A stretch of 64,000 nt of DNA, taken from assembly GCA_000934665.2 (NCBI GenBank), contig KZ538313.1:1-64000 (forward strand). Reading direction: 5' to 3'. This DNA comes from Catajapyx aquilonaris (taxonomy: Eukaryota). Below are positions 1-14,776 of this stretch, one piece after another (position 1 is the stretch's first letter; the number at the start of each line of letters is the position of its first letter). The notes beneath the pieces were generated by a model. The model was not told where the DNA came from. It saw nothing but the letters and a program-made list of their open reading frames with translations, and did no database searches. The translations under genes and the position numbers were made by a program.

Positions 1-27
1 ACGGCCCACACGACCTTTGTTGCTCTA

Positions 28-189
28 CTCTCTAAAAAATAAGACTTAAATTAACTCTTTTTAACCTTGAAAGTGGTCATTACCAAAAATGAGTTATTAT
101 AACTCATTTTTGGTAATGACCACTTTCAAGGTTTAAAAGAGTTAATTTAAGTCTTATTGAGTTTTTTTAACTCTATTTTATTTAGAGAG
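28..189. mobile_element. Palindromic (foldback) MITE-like element
   Basis: Termini CTCTCTAAA...TTTAGAGAG are flanked by TA on both sides (26-27, 190-191). The interior 38-158 is a palindrome centred on 98, with 60-bp arms and one mismatch (62/134). Confidence 0.65.
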
Positions 190-3100
190 TATACATTGCA
201 AGACCTCTAGCAATTTTTTTAAAAGCTCGAGCAGTTATTTACACTTAAACCAAGTAACCAATGTGACTTTTAATGATTCCCTGGAACTTAGATAATTACT
301 GTAGACGGAAGAGAACTTTGCAGCAGCTTATTACGTGCAAAAACTTTGTTAGGAAATGCCTGTAATGGGATACCTATGCTTGTGAGGTTTCCTTCCTTTG
401 TGTTCTGCAATTATTGAGCAAGTTCCGAGCATGTTGTGTTTTGGTCTGGGAAGCGGTTCGCTAATATTGCTTAGCAACCTTTGAACCGAGAAGAAAGGAG
501 CGGTTGAACTTTCAATCGCATCTAGGGCGGTTCCAAGAGCTTTCAGGCTTCCTCTGTTAATTTCCACAAGTCCGGAGCCCCGGAAACTGGAATTTGATCA
601 GACGAAATCCACTGCTCACACGCAGGATGCTGATGCGCCCTATATTCCTCTTAAATGCTAATTAAAAATGAAATATCGGGACATTACAATTACTGATTGC
701 ATCTCGCGCAATTACAGTAATTCAGCTCCTGAAGCCAACTCTAATTACCGCACAATTTAATTAAGATAAGGGATGCTCCTAGTATTCATCAGGAAGTCAA
801 CATTGTTATTACCCCCCACTATATAGCCTAGTTATATATGATTCCTGATAAGCTGCAGGAACTTGCATGTAAGAGATTTCAAACTTGACCAAATATTATT
901 GATAAAATATTTTCAGCATTTTTTCCCCTTCACCTGGAGCAAGAAAATTGCTATTTTTTTCCACTCATTTTTGCAGCACTTTCTGGGCGGGTGCATTTTC
1001 GTTCACCATTCTTCAAAGCCGGATGACGCATTGTGGTTGGAGCATGGAGAAAGATAAATGGAGTAAGAAAAGAGAGAGATTGTTGAGAAGAGGGAATGTA
1101 AGAGTCAAGGGAGCCGCTGCTATACACAAGGAGAAGGCCTGACCTGGCATTCCGGATGAGCCTACCATTATCCCAGCTTGTTTGAGGAAGTGCAGCATCC
1201 TCTGGCCTTCCCCAAACAACTCACTTTTCATCGGACAAGAAAGAAGTTATCGAAAGGGCGTATCCGGATTTTACTTGGGGGGCGGAGAAAGAAAAAAGTC
1301 GCCCCCCCCCCTCCAAAAAAAAAAGAAGAGCAAGTTTTTAAAACGCTCAGACGGGAAGAAAACTTTTTGAAGAAAAGTTCTTGTGGTAGCACACTTGAAT
1401 CGATAAGTTCTGTGCTTCCGGCATGGTAGAGGAGAAAATAACGTCTTCAATCTGGTTGGCAGGATTTGTGCGAACTATATGCAGACAGCAGCTCCAACAA
1501 TAATGGAAACCAAGAAAAGTTATCCTAGTAATGATGAAAGGAAGGAATAAAAATTTATATACTTACATCCACTTATTACGTTGTCGGTAAGATTACATAT
1601 TTATGAAATTGAGATCGAGCACTCTTAACTACATAACAACCAGCCAAAAACTGGCAAGGCTTAAGGCTTTTTAACTGAAAAAAATGAGGGGCTAATATAT
1701 TCTAATTTAATTTTCACCGCAGTATGGATGCCAGTCTCCGAATTGTGAAGTTACAAGTAAAGTTGCGGAGAAGGGATTTATCTTCATTGTAGTTTGGGGG
1801 GGGGGGGTATTGCTGGCTAAAAATGAACTTTGTAGTATATATGGTTTAAGCTCTAAATCAAGGCTAAAACATTATCCCTATTATATGAACTTCCGCCAGT
1901 GAAAAATTGCCAACGATAATGTCATAGTGTAGCTGCCCCCACTGCTCCGTTCCAATGATTTGAAGCTTAAAAATAAACTGTTATGAACAAGGAGGGCTTT
2001 TTATTTTTTGCACAATAAACAGCATCAGTGGCAAAACGTGAACAAACGCTGAGTTTTTATCAGAGTTCAAACAATGGAGCATTATGCTGTTAATGTTGAT
2101 TTATTGCTCAATATTGCAACATCAGGTTCTCAAATTGTGACATGTGCGATTAGCCGTGCCAGTAACGCAAAAAAGGCGAAGTATAACACAAAGGCAGAGT
2201 TGTCAATACATCAACGGCTAATTACTCGACAATGATTGCATGAAAATCTTGAACTCAATGTTATCAGCATTTCAAAGGATTTATCTAAAAAAAATATTGT
2301 GCTATTTATTCAGGTACTGACAAATTAATGCAGCACATCCTACTTCCTATATTTATGAACTAAACGTAACTTATTTTGAGGAGACCGTGATTAATTATAT
2401 TATACTAAACCCCGCAAGACATGATTTGATATAACTTTAACATACACACTATACGATACTACTGAAGTTCAGGTATTCACCTCAAAGTAAGGTAAACAGT
2501 GCCTAAGAATATGAAAATGGGGGAAAAAATGTTTTCACAAGCACAAATTCATTCTGTAGCATAATTTTAAAATCTGCCTGGGGACATCATTACTATATCC
2601 TAAGTTAAACACTATATTTCTCATCTTCTGTACTTTATATAACTTTAACCTAGTTGTCCCCCCTGACGTTAACCTCAACATACGAAAAACAGTGCCGAAA
2701 AGTCCAATGTTTTCATATAGGCCAGCAGCTAATATTTCAGTGAAAATATTCCTTCTTGCTAATCCTGTATATCACGACGTGAATCTGGAACAATATTTTC
2801 GCAGCTGCTAATAAAGTGTAATTGAGTTTGGTAAGGCGTAAGGGCATGAGCCTGGAGTTTACTGTGGCTTAATGAACAGTATTGATTTCTGCAAGTATAT
2901 CACGTGGAAGCAGTAGGAGAGAAAGAGAGTGTGTGTGAGAGGGGAAAAAAAGGTGTCCAAATTCTCCATCAATCGTATTTCCCAAGAGCTGCTTCGCAAG
3001 GTCAACTTAAACACTTTTTTTTCTGGCTCGTTGATCGGATGGAAGAGTCTATTGTGTATTGGAATGAGATTGGGAAGATGTGGAGGTCGGAGAAAATTGC

Positions 3101-5970
3101 AGGTGCTTCTCTCCTCTCTCTCCATACACACTCTGAAGGAAGGAACTTGTGCAGTCTCTCCATTGCCTTCAAACTCCGGGGCCTTCGGATTGCCCTTCCC
3201 CAGTTTTCCAGAAGGGAGGAAATGCACAAATGTTTTCTGAACTTTTGGCGCTTGTCAATAGAGCAGGAGAAATAAGCATGCAAATACAGGGCAGCCTGCT
3301 GCACACTTTGACACTTCCAACAATAGGGCGAAACGTGATTGATTAGTCGCTCCAGTCGGGCATGCGCACCAATTTACCCGTGGAACGCGGATTGCAAAAT
3401 ACTCACAATTTTGTTGAAAAAGTAAGATGTTCAGGCGTATCATAATGATAGATATCGAGGCAAATCAGTCCTCAGGGATGCACATAAATAATGAAAAAAA
3501 TAATGATGAAAAAAATAATTCACGACGAAATTTTTTACCAATTAACATAAATGTAATAAACGGTGTTGCGGTTGTTTGAAATTGTTATACCTGACAACTA
3601 TTCAAAAATAATTGCATATTGGATGCGACCAAATCAACGAAGAGCAAATTGTGGATATGTTATGAATTTCCACATTTTCCATTACAACACGGGCAATGCA
3701 TGTAATAACGCGCAATTATTATCAATCGAAAGCGGAAAATGTATTATACTATATGTTTTAATATTGTGTGTATCCAGCTAATACCCTGCAGCAAGCTCTG
3801 CTTCATTTTCATATACCATAATAATTATGGTATGAAAATGAAGCAACTAATTATTAGTTTTATGATTAAATATGTAACATCGTTAAATTAACAATATTGA
3901 GACACATTATCAGTTCACCGAGAGGTAACCTACAATAGCCTACAGAATGGCCAATTAGTCTAAATTAGGCTAATTCCATATGATAACAACTGCTTTTTCG
4001 TCGGGATTGTACTTATTTATTTATTGTACTTTTTCAATAATTCATTTATTAATATATTTATTAGTTATTTCTCTGCAGTATCCATAGCTAGAAAAACGCT
4101 CTGCAACCATTTACAAAATGTATAACACAGAGAGATATAAATTATAAGGAAATAAATGAAACACTGCAATTATTGTTACAACTAATAATAGTTACATCTG
4201 ACTTTTTTTTTGTAATTACATCACCTCTGAACTTTCCTCTGATATCATCCCCTCGTTTTGAGATTTTTTGGGGCAATATTTGCAAAAAAAATAATCATTC
4301 TTACTCAGACCGCAGTATGTCATATTTTACTAGCCTCATGTGTGCCACATTATGCAAAAAAAATAAATGTTAGCTTCATTTCCTTATTTTCCGCAGTTGT
4401 GCTCCTTAACCACACCCTAGGGTTTGACTCAAAGCTGTGCAGACCTTTTTAGCTTTCATAATAATCCAGTCAGCACTTGTAGTCGCGCTAAAGGCTTACA
4501 CGTTTAATACCACTGACTCGCAGCTGAGTAAACATGGCATTTTCTCCAAGAAAGAAGAAAATTGAGAGAGAAAAAAAACTAACCCTTACTTTTATCTATG
4601 GTCTTCTGCTCTCCAGAGAGGAAGAGAGAACAAGGCTACGTTTGCCAAGATGGTGGTTGCAGGGGCGGAAAAATGTCCCTTGCTTCGAGTTAGCAATTGA
4701 TGCACTTTACCTCTGGAGATAAGGCGAAAGACGCAAGTTTCTCCAGAGCTATATAAGACGCTAAAGTTGCGACATTCGCTCGTTTCGTTTGGATCCTCCC
4801 CGCTCCCTGAGATATAACGTTGGATGATTTGACGAAGAAAAAAAATTGAAAGAAGAGGAGAACGAGAAAAAAAAGCATGACATAAAAGGGATGATCTTGG
4901 AAGTTGTCCAAGTCACTGAATAGACCCTGTCCCTGTTCCTTGAAAGGGGACGGATTTTGCTATTCGGTTGAAAGGGATTTTTTTTGGAATAACTTATATA
5001 TATATTTAGGAGCATGTAGCGTGTAGTGCAGGTTGGTTCTGCAAAATGTCTTCAAATTGCCAAAAAAACCCTGAGCAGACTAAACTAACAATTTGTTCTT
5101 GGACACATGATGCGTGTCAATTTGATATTTTGTACGGATTTTACGACGAGAAAAAAAGGCATGCACACTGATTTCACTAAATATTTTCATTCATTTCATT
5201 CATTTTACATCACGGTTAGTATTCTTGAAAGTTATTTATGCCAAATTGTATCCACCAGAGAATATTACATCAATATAGACGAAGTCCTTAATGTGTATTT
5301 ACATTACAGGTGACAAAATCCCAGAAGAAATTACAAAATAATTTCAAGAACGTACACCAATTTTGGTTTAAATGCAATCTATCATAGATTTGGCAGAAAA
5401 TGTCACTCAATGTGATCATACCTAAAGGCAGTCAATCAGAGTAAGTGTGACAGGAGTCATATGTAATCAATGATCGTTCAATAACATTCTGGAACCCCCG
5501 CAATAATTTGATTTACACCCTTTTTCATCCCGTGATAGGATTAATTCATTATTGGGGGGTTTCAAAGAATAATTGATTGAACACAATAACCTTTCCATTT
5601 GCACAGCATACCACATTTTGTGTTTGTGGACGAGATAATTCTTCGGATAATATTCATGCCAGCATAACTAACTGTTAATTTATGTTTACATTTGCGTAAC
5701 TTTGCAAAATGTGGCCACGACATCGACACAACTGATAAAAAGGCAGCGTTTTTCTTCTATTAGGGCAATAAGAATTAATTATTACTGTAGCCTACCAGCA
5801 ATCGACCAATGTGTCTGACTTTGAGCTTATTTTAAGTTAAGTTATATCTCAATGCACATTACATCGCACTTTCATATTTATGATGTTTCAACACATTTGA
5901 TCAATCATCCCGAAACTCTACCCTTATTCTAAAATAATTATCCTGGTAAAGTGTGTGATTTAGGTATATA

Positions 5971-6083
5971 GTCTGGTGACCCGGGGTAGCTTGCCCCCTG
6001 GGTAACTTGTTGTTTACTGCTATCCTTTTACATATGTTGCCATGATGTTTACCCGGGGGCAAGCTTACCCCGGGTCACCAGAC
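5971..6083. mobile_element. Short MITE with ~35-bp imperfect terminal inverted repeats
   Basis: Left end GTCTGGTGACCCGGGGTAGCTTGCCCCCTGGGTAA matches right end TTACCCGGGGGCAAGCTTACCCCGGGTCACCAGAC in inverted orientation. TA lies on both flanks. Confidence 0.7.
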
Positions 6084-9000
6084 TAGGGGCCTTAAGGTGA
6101 AATTCTACCCAACTAAAATCAGAAAAAAATCGTCTTTAACTTGGGACATAATTATACACCGCTGAACCCTATTGGTCTGGAGCCTGTTAAAGAGAGGATA
6201 GTGCTTAGGATTACTCGTGAGGCGACTGGAAACGCGAGTGGAACGGAAACTGAGCTCGGTCGAGTGGAAAGGAATGGATGCCATGTATCGGCAGGCTTCG
6301 TGTTCGGCCAAGGGAACGTAATCTGAGCGTTAGGGCGTTCACTCGAAACACCCGAGAAACTCTTTGCCTGCTCTTCAGAGAGAAGAAGAAAGTTTGCAAC
6401 TATGAATAATCAACTGGGGGGGAAAAACTCTGCCGCATTAAAAAAAAGTGGTTGTTGAGACGAAGGCAGTGCTCAGCAACACAATAAAGCTGCAGTTATT
6501 AGCTCTTCAATTTTGTTAAGTGGCTAATGCTGTGGGGAAAGAGAATTTTCTCTTGGGGTGTTCACTCAAAGGAGGAATGGAGCAATTTCTGCCGCAATAA
6601 AATTGGCGCCCTGTCGGCAGAAGGCATTGAAACAGGAAATATCGACTTAGCTGCGGGATTTCCTCAATAACCGATATAGTCCCTGCCCCACGGCGTTTCA
6701 AACTGTTTCTAACCGGGGTTAGGTTCGCAAGTAGTGTCAAAAGGAACTGCAGCTGTTGCCCTTACAACAAAACCAGCAGACAAATATCGCCCATAGGTGC
6801 ACAGCTTCAAACAGAATTTTAATTCACGTGTATAATAAATGCAAAGAAGTACAGTACATTCATCATTTCGGGTGAAACATTCCGGCCACAAAAATGCTAG
6901 AAATGAATTATTACTCCATCATGCCAAGGAGAAGTTCTGGCGCCTGGAAAAAAAATTGGACTGTGATTGCATATGCCACGATGTCTTCTTCTGCCGGCGG
7001 TCGCAATTCTTCAGTCCAGAATATGCGATCTGGTGCTAAAGAAGCGCTTTGTGATTTCCCCCCATTTGGAGATCCGCCTCCGGGGAGCGTATCTCCCCGA
7101 ATGGCGGAAGTAATATCTTTCATATCCGGAGATATTTCTTATAGTGCAAGGGTTGGAAAGGGAAGGAGAGTAGTTTCCTTCTGGAATAATTTGTTGAGCT
7201 GGAGGGGGGGAAGGGAAAGACTTGGCTTCAAAACCAGGACCAAGTTAACCCCAGGCTGGATTCAGACGTGTTGGAAGCGCGGTATATCTCTGAATAGGAT
7301 GGTGTGCCCCAGTTTTCGGGGACTCTGATGAATAATTAAGCAGGCGACGGTTTCCAAGTCCTTGGATGTGTCGCAAACTCTAGGCCTCTAATAGAGAAGG
7401 TCACACTATCAAACTAATGAGCAAGCACAGCTTGTTCTAGTCGCAATATGTTAACCCCATAGCGATTTTAGTAACAGTTAGTCTACTTACGTGTCACCCT
7501 GTGAATATCGGATGCTTATACCCATATTTTTACTCTGCAAACAGTTTAATCCCTATAGATACATGCATACAATGACTTTTAGTGCTTTTTAATGAGGAGG
7601 AATGAGTTTTTAAATTATTATTAGCTGATGACTGGGTTGGATTGAAGGAAATGGAACGGATGGGATTTGATGAGATGTATTGATTTTGAGATTCGGTACG
7701 GTCATACACACACGATGTTGATTGTAAAAGCGGAGGGGTAAATTTTATCGGATGATTAACTAACGCCTGGTTCATTAAGTGCGTGAAACCGGCCCGTGCG
7801 CATATTATATCTTCGTTTTAGGGTTCAAAAAAAAATACTCCGGAAAATTAAAATGTCATGCAAGCTCCAGGTAACAATTGAGAGTGACGCAAATCGACAG
7901 TCATCATCGATCAAAGTGACATAAATGTGTTTTACTAATGACGCGAGCTTGAGCCATTTTCATCGAAACGCGACACCTGATTGTAAAAAAAGAGAGAGAC
8001 TGGAAATGGGAGTGCGTTAATATTCCGCTATGACACTGGAAGAGTGGACAGTAAATAATTACAACCGCGTTTCCGCAATTTCTCGGAATGCAACTTGTTA
8101 CGCGGAATGACTACAATATATTGATGTGCCTGATTATTTGTAATGTGGGTAATTGTGGAAATATTGCACAAATTGTTTTGAAGGAGAGAGAAGGGGGCTA
8201 TCTATATAGGAAGTCCTAATAGAATAAAAGGAGCCTATGAGCAAATGAGCTAACGACTCTTGCTTTTACGAGCTCAGTGAGCAAATTGACTCCTTTTAGA
8301 AGTTATTTCGGAGCAAACTTTAGTGGGTAGTAAATGCAACTAAGTTTGAGCAAGTGCCATTTAACACTTCCAAAATGTTATATTTTTCAGCTCTTGACGA
8401 GTTTCTTCAACTCGCATTTAAATAGTCTTTCATTCCCCAGTAAGAACAGCTTCTCCGAAAGCTGTAGTGTTAATGAACATTATTTGTTATTTAGCTCAGT
8501 GACAATCGTAACAATGATAAATGTAAAGTATGTGCAGTACAATCTCATTAACATGCAGTATATGACATAAACAGTTCAGTTTCACCACTCGATGCATCAA
8601 AAATATGCATACCCTTTGTTGTGGTGAGCACTACTGCAGTTGCATTCACCTGTGGACAAAAATGCGTCCTTTTTTATGCTCCATATTTCATTCAACTCAA
8701 CTCAGCAGAAAGTGCCCCTCGTTCCATGACAAGGTCCTCCGCATTGATGATTCAAAAAGTCAAAGAGCGCACTTCACCGAAAAGGCTGGGCATATTCCCC
8801 GCCCATATGCGTGCCAGGGATAGTTTGTAGGCTACCATTCTGTTTGATCCCACTTCCCTCGACAACCTTTGACAAAGCCAAGCTAGCCAATGATGCTTAT
8901 ATCATTCCGGACACCGAAAAAACGCACTGGGAAAAAACAAGCGAATTTTTCTACCTCTTTTCAGATGTCTGTCGAGCAATTTCTACCATTTAACACCTCC

Positions 9001-12000
9001 GGTGGCAGCTATAGAAACAGCTTATTTCTCACCTTTATTGTTGACTTGTGCTTGAAAATGGATCTTGGCAGCCATGCAAACCGAGAGCACCAAATTAGCC
9101 TCTCCTCCCACTTCGACCTTTTATTCCTCTTAATTAAAATCCGTCACTTCCATCGCACGTGTTGGGACCTTGCTCTTCCAGTCCCCCCTCTTCCCGGTAC
9201 CGCCCCCGCAGCGCAAGAAGATTGCCTTCAGAGGGGAATTGTAGGAGTAATGAAGGGATTTTATTTACCTGTGCCCCAGGGGTCCCTTTATCTAGTGATG
9301 TACAAGATGACGTGTTCTTTGAAGGCGGCTTGACTTGTCCTTATGCCTGTGTGTTGAGGTGTTTATAGAAACAGACCATTCAGTCCCTTTCAAATTGCAC
9401 CAGTTCAATCTCCTTACATTTACATTTTAAAATGACATGAGTCGAAACTATGGCGCTACAGCTGTCTTCTCTGTAATGGCATGTATATGACGTCAATCCT
9501 ATTTATAACAGACAATAACAGGGGTTGATGTCTACATAAATACCTGAAGATGAATCGATATTGATGTTTAACATTCGCGTCATGGTCCAAGTTGGCCTCA
9601 ATCTGACCGCTACGGAAACATGTGCACCACAATATATATTTCTTTCGAATATGAAAAACTCTACCTGCTGCATTTGAAATGTCTGAGCGGTTTGAAAGTT
9701 ACTAATTATAATTTTTCAGGTAGTTAAAATGTTCACGAGCACATTTTGGTTCAGTAATCTGCTTTGCTCGTTGTTGGCTTTATCTATTTGTGCGTCTCGA
9801 CTGGGTTCCGCTTCCCTTTATTTTATCACGCCTGCGGGAACTTGTCCTCGTCCAATGGAACCGGTGTCCTCCCAGTGCTGAGACACGATTCGCAGGTATA
9901 GCAAGCAGTAGTGCGAGAGAGGAAAATCATTCAATGTTGCTGGAAACGAGCCAGAGAGGCGTGAAATCTCTACCAGACAAGGCAGGCCACAAGTTGGCCG
10001 GAACAATATCTGCAGCAGAGTCCCTTTTCGTCATCACTCCTATAGACCTCATCCTCCACCCCATGGTCCAATAATATCGCCCTGACATTTAGCACGAATG
10101 TGGAAGATTCATGCTTCAATAATTCCCTAATTCTCCCTCCCTGGGAAACTTTGAAAGGTCAAGTACGAATTACCTTCCCGACGGGCTGTGGGAAATCAAA
10201 GTGCAGGTTCCCATCATCATCGACGATGGAGCTTAATATTCATGGAAATTAAGAGAAACCTTAGGAACATATCTGTACATTTTTGCTACAAAATAAAAAA
10301 ATGCGAGATCGCAGTTTTTTTGCTATTCACATAATGAGAACTCGAAATGTATAGCGAATTTGTAAAAAAATGAAGAATTTTCTCATCATGAAGTGTCTAC
10401 TGTTCTTCCTGTTTGGCGAATGACTTTCGCCATGAAAGATGCATTCTCTACTCCCAGAGTAATACGCTGTCATCTGTTCTTCGCTGGGAAGGTAGGCGTG
10501 GTCCAATATGTTTCCTAAATAATGGATTCGACGAAGCGTCAATATTGAGTCGACAAATGGAATGCATTGCCATCAGAGTCGAGCTTGAGCTGAATGTCTT
10601 TTGATACGGAAAGTTCGGCGAGGTCACAAAATGGAAGACGACGCTGTGCCGGTAATAAACTCGACGCTAATTGCAACGTGGTAATTGGCGAGACTTGTTT
10701 GATGTTACATCAACATTTTGGGCCGCGTGGTTAAAAAAGTCCATCAGTCGACATTTCCCGCCTTGATGCTGAAAATTAACTTTCTATCGCCCATTATTTT
10801 TTTGTGAAAAATTCATTTTTCCGTATAAGGTTCCAGATAATTCGCGCCCCCTGAGAAAATCGCCTTGGGCGCGTCTTTCTTGTCCCCTCCTCCTTTCCTT
10901 GATTTAATTGACAGCCTGGTGTAATTGGTTCACTCAAGTCGCTTCGGAGGAAGAAAATCAATTCACGTTTAAGAGCAAAGTTTGTGAGCAATCTACGGCG
11001 CTTGCGACTCAAGATGTCTTTTTTTTTCTTAGCCAGCTGACAATTCCAGAGTAGAAAAAGAGGAATTTTATTTCTCCAAAAGTTAATCACCCTATTTTGC
11101 AGATTGTCTATAGCTGTTGTTGAGGATTGGGATGGTCCTATTTTGGGGTTTTTTTGCATTTTCACACAATTGAGAGAGTTTTAATTAAGCGTCGTGGTAG
11201 AGTGTTGGACACCTTTTTTTTATGAGGTGAGCAAAAGTGGAAGGCCGAGAAGCCTAGATGTTGATGGGCCGCCATTTTACAACGGGCGACATTTTCCCGC
11301 CTCCGCCTCATTTCCCGCGCTCGTTTCCAAAATGGAGCCACTTTTGTCAGGAGCCTCGGTTGTCAGGAAGGGCTTGTCATGCCGTTTGTTTCAGAACCGA
11401 AACACGAAGTTGCTTCAAAAAAAAAAAAGAGGAACGAGAGAGTTTGGTGAATGTTGACGTTGCGCAACGCGACGGAAGGTCAACTCGTCGCGAAAATGTT
11501 TGCCGCTCCGGATAATCACTCCTGTCAATGGCGGGGGGCATTAAAAAGGGGGGAAGTGCAAAATGGATGCAAAATTTTCGAGACAAATAAATAATCCGTC
11601 GTTTTCATTGCATAAATCATCGCTTTGAAGTGTGCTCGGTTTAGCATTTTCAGCCGCTTCACCCCTTTTGTCAGCGTTTTTTTTTCAAAATGCGTGTATG
11701 GAAAGTCTGCAAATGTCAGGGCTGTTTGCAGATTAATTCGAAAGCGACGTAAACAATGTCGGTACCAACTGTTTCCGTCTTTGGTCTTGCCCTAAATTGG
11801 CATTCACAACCAATGGAAGTTCACCTGTTACATAAACTGTATTCAAATTAGTTGAACCTCGAGCACTTACTGCTGCATTTTGCTCAAATATTTTGTTCAA
11901 ATTTGCAAGTAATCTGCAAGATGTTATTGAAGCAGCATTCTGCAAATTTGTGCAAAACATTTCATCATAAATGCAAAAGTGAGGTAAAAAATATTTGAAA

Positions 12001-14648
12001 AATTCAGACTCACTTTCTTCCGTAGGCTATACGGAGTATGAATTTTTCAAATATTTTTTACCTCACTTTTTTTTCGATCCAGTACTTCGATTAAGAACAC
12101 GCTTTTGTGAACTGCTGCAATTTTGTTTGCGCTTTAATTTGCGTGGAGGGGGGAATGTAACGAGGACCCCCGGATTCAAGGTTCAATAATCAAAGTTGTC
12201 CCTGCGTACTTTTTTTTTCCTTTGCTCGCTATGGATTCCCGTCATTAACCGTACCTGTGTGATACATGTCTTCATCACAGTAATGAATCTCTCCGCTGAG
12301 ATTTGTTGGCAGCATGCTGGGATTGCAGCACGTTCTGAACGCGTGGCACACTCACCAGACCGTGTTTTTAACGAACGTGAAGTCTCGGAACAGGATGGGT
12401 TTTTGCCAAATTTACACGCCTTGAAATTCCATTATTGGCCCTGTGGGTACATTGCTCATCTGCAACATTACAGAACTTGTTATTTAAACCTCAGTCGTCG
12501 ATAATGATTTCTACCTTGAATTAACTTACAGTATAATCCTAAACATGTTAACAAAGTTCAATGCACGCATGACACTTTATGTTTACGAGCAGGCAATTTG
12601 TTTGGGCCAATTATTATCGCATTTTGAACCTGTTATCAAACTAACAAAAGTTATCTCTAATGAGAACCAGTCGCTTCAAGTGTAAAGCATTATTCTCGAG
12701 CATCATCGATGAATTATACACGTACTTGAGTTTAACATTGTATTTAGAGAGGAAAAACCTTAGAAGCATGAAACCTAGATCTGTAGGATTATTACCTGTA
12801 ACTTTTCTCAAGCTGTGAGTCCTGTTTCTTGCCTTGATTGTGACAAATACTGTAAGTCCTGACGCATTCAACGCGTGTAACTGCTTTCCAACCTGAAACA
12901 AAGCAAAGCCTCTGAATGGGTGCTCGTCACACACACTTCTTATTTCTAATCCCTCCTACATCTCCTTTGATATACGCTGAGACAGCATAGGTGCACCAAG
13001 GATCTATCTGCAAGACTTGAAAGTAGGCTTGAAAGCATCTGTGTTTCGGCATTGGAATGACTTTCATCTCCAGACATCATCGATCAGGGTCAAAGGAACA
13101 CGTCCCGGACTACCACTAGATATTTCATATACAGAATCCCAAATGCGCCCGGAACTTTATCTATACTGGTCTGTGCCCCAGATTTCAAAAGTTTCAACAT
13201 ACATATTTCGCAATGCCTAATAATTCTGAACTTATTGTGTAACATTAGCTCACCAAAGTAGAAGAGTGTAACTATTATCTGAAATTTTTGTTGACTAGTT
13301 TTGATATTGAGCGCGTCTTTCTTTTTCGCTCATATAACGCACTTCAAATCCTTGCTTCTTACTTGTTAGTAATTAAATGAGCTAATTAGGACGAACCGTA
13401 GCAAAAAGTGTATATTATGAGTACCGTATAAGATTACATCGAGTTGTTGATGCAGACATGGAATTATTGCAAAAATTAACCTGGATTAGACTGATGCTTT
13501 TCAACAGTCGAGATGTAAAACATAATATTTCTCCTGGAGTACCAACATTCACAGTGCTGAATAAATACATATTATCATTTAATTAACCACTGATAAATTA
13601 TAAACATGCACTCCTGCAGTTATTTCAAAAGCTGCGTCCGAGCTGATTGGCAGATGCCAGCGACAAAGACCTAAAGACAACGACTTCAGTATGAATCCAG
13701 CTTGGAATTTGCATCGCTCCAGACTTCGCTGATATGTTAACGGTCGGAACCTTTTGCGACGCGCACATTATTACATAATTAATGTGTTATCTTATGCCTT
13801 CCCGTATATTTATTGCCCATGGAAATATGCTTCGCGTCCACAGAGGTACACCTTGGAGAGAAACTGGGCTTGCATAATTTAAATGCGAATTTAAATGGAT
13901 GGCGATAAGGCATGAATTCGCGCCCGTATAATGCGCGGAGGTGCCGTAAAATATGCAAGGATATAGCTATTCTCTGGTGTAGCCGCCCATAAATTATACA
14001 TCGCCATTTGCGAAGAGTATTATCCAGCAGCAAATCAATACGAATATCTTCATCCTCTTTTCTTTGTCTTTCATATAGTGCGGCTATACACTGTGATCAA
14101 ATGTCAGTTTCAGTCAGAGAATATTATTCGCACCAAGTGCCGCATGTCATTAGTTTCAAACTATAAATAGATAGAGTAATTGAGTTCATGAAGGGCCCAA
14201 TCAACCTCACTAACATTCCCAAAATTTTGACGCCTGTGATGCATGATATTCACTTTTGACAGGGATGAAACATTCACAAAAGAAGCATATATTCTGCGTG
14301 TAAATTACACTTTTTCCTACAGTTGCAGCTGTCACCCGCAATTAATAAAACGATTTGGTGCAAAATATGAGGCCCCGCCATGCCGCAAATTCGCAATAAC
14401 TGGGAACATAACTGGCCAATAAATAGGGTCACTAGCTGTCAAAATAATTCATTTTAACTATATGCCTTGGACAAATTCATGTAAGTGTGGAATTTTTGTC
14501 CAAAAGAAAAATTTCATCTAGGCAATATTGCTATCGTGGTGGTTAATTCAGTTATCTCTCGTCACTTAATGAGCAACATAATCCATATACCGCTGGGCCC
14601 GTGATTTTTTTTCTTCTTTTTTTCCCGAAAATACTCCCCCCCCCCCCC

Positions 14649-14776
14649 NNNNNNNNNNNNNNNNNNNNNNNNNNNNNNNNNNNNNNNNNNNNNNNNNNNN
14701 NNNNNNNNNNNNNNNNNNNNNNNNNNNNNNNNNNNNNNNNNNNNNNNNNNNNNNNNNNNNNNNNNNNNNNNNNNNN
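14649..14776. other. Assembly gap (128 N) flanked by poly-C and poly-G
   Basis: Run of N visible directly, with a C-run on the left and a G-run on the right. Confidence 0.98.

Noticed and set aside
6894..9333. 144-aa (6894-7328) and 147-aa (8890-9333) ORFs
   Set aside because: No domain motifs, random-looking composition and no consistent splice partners.
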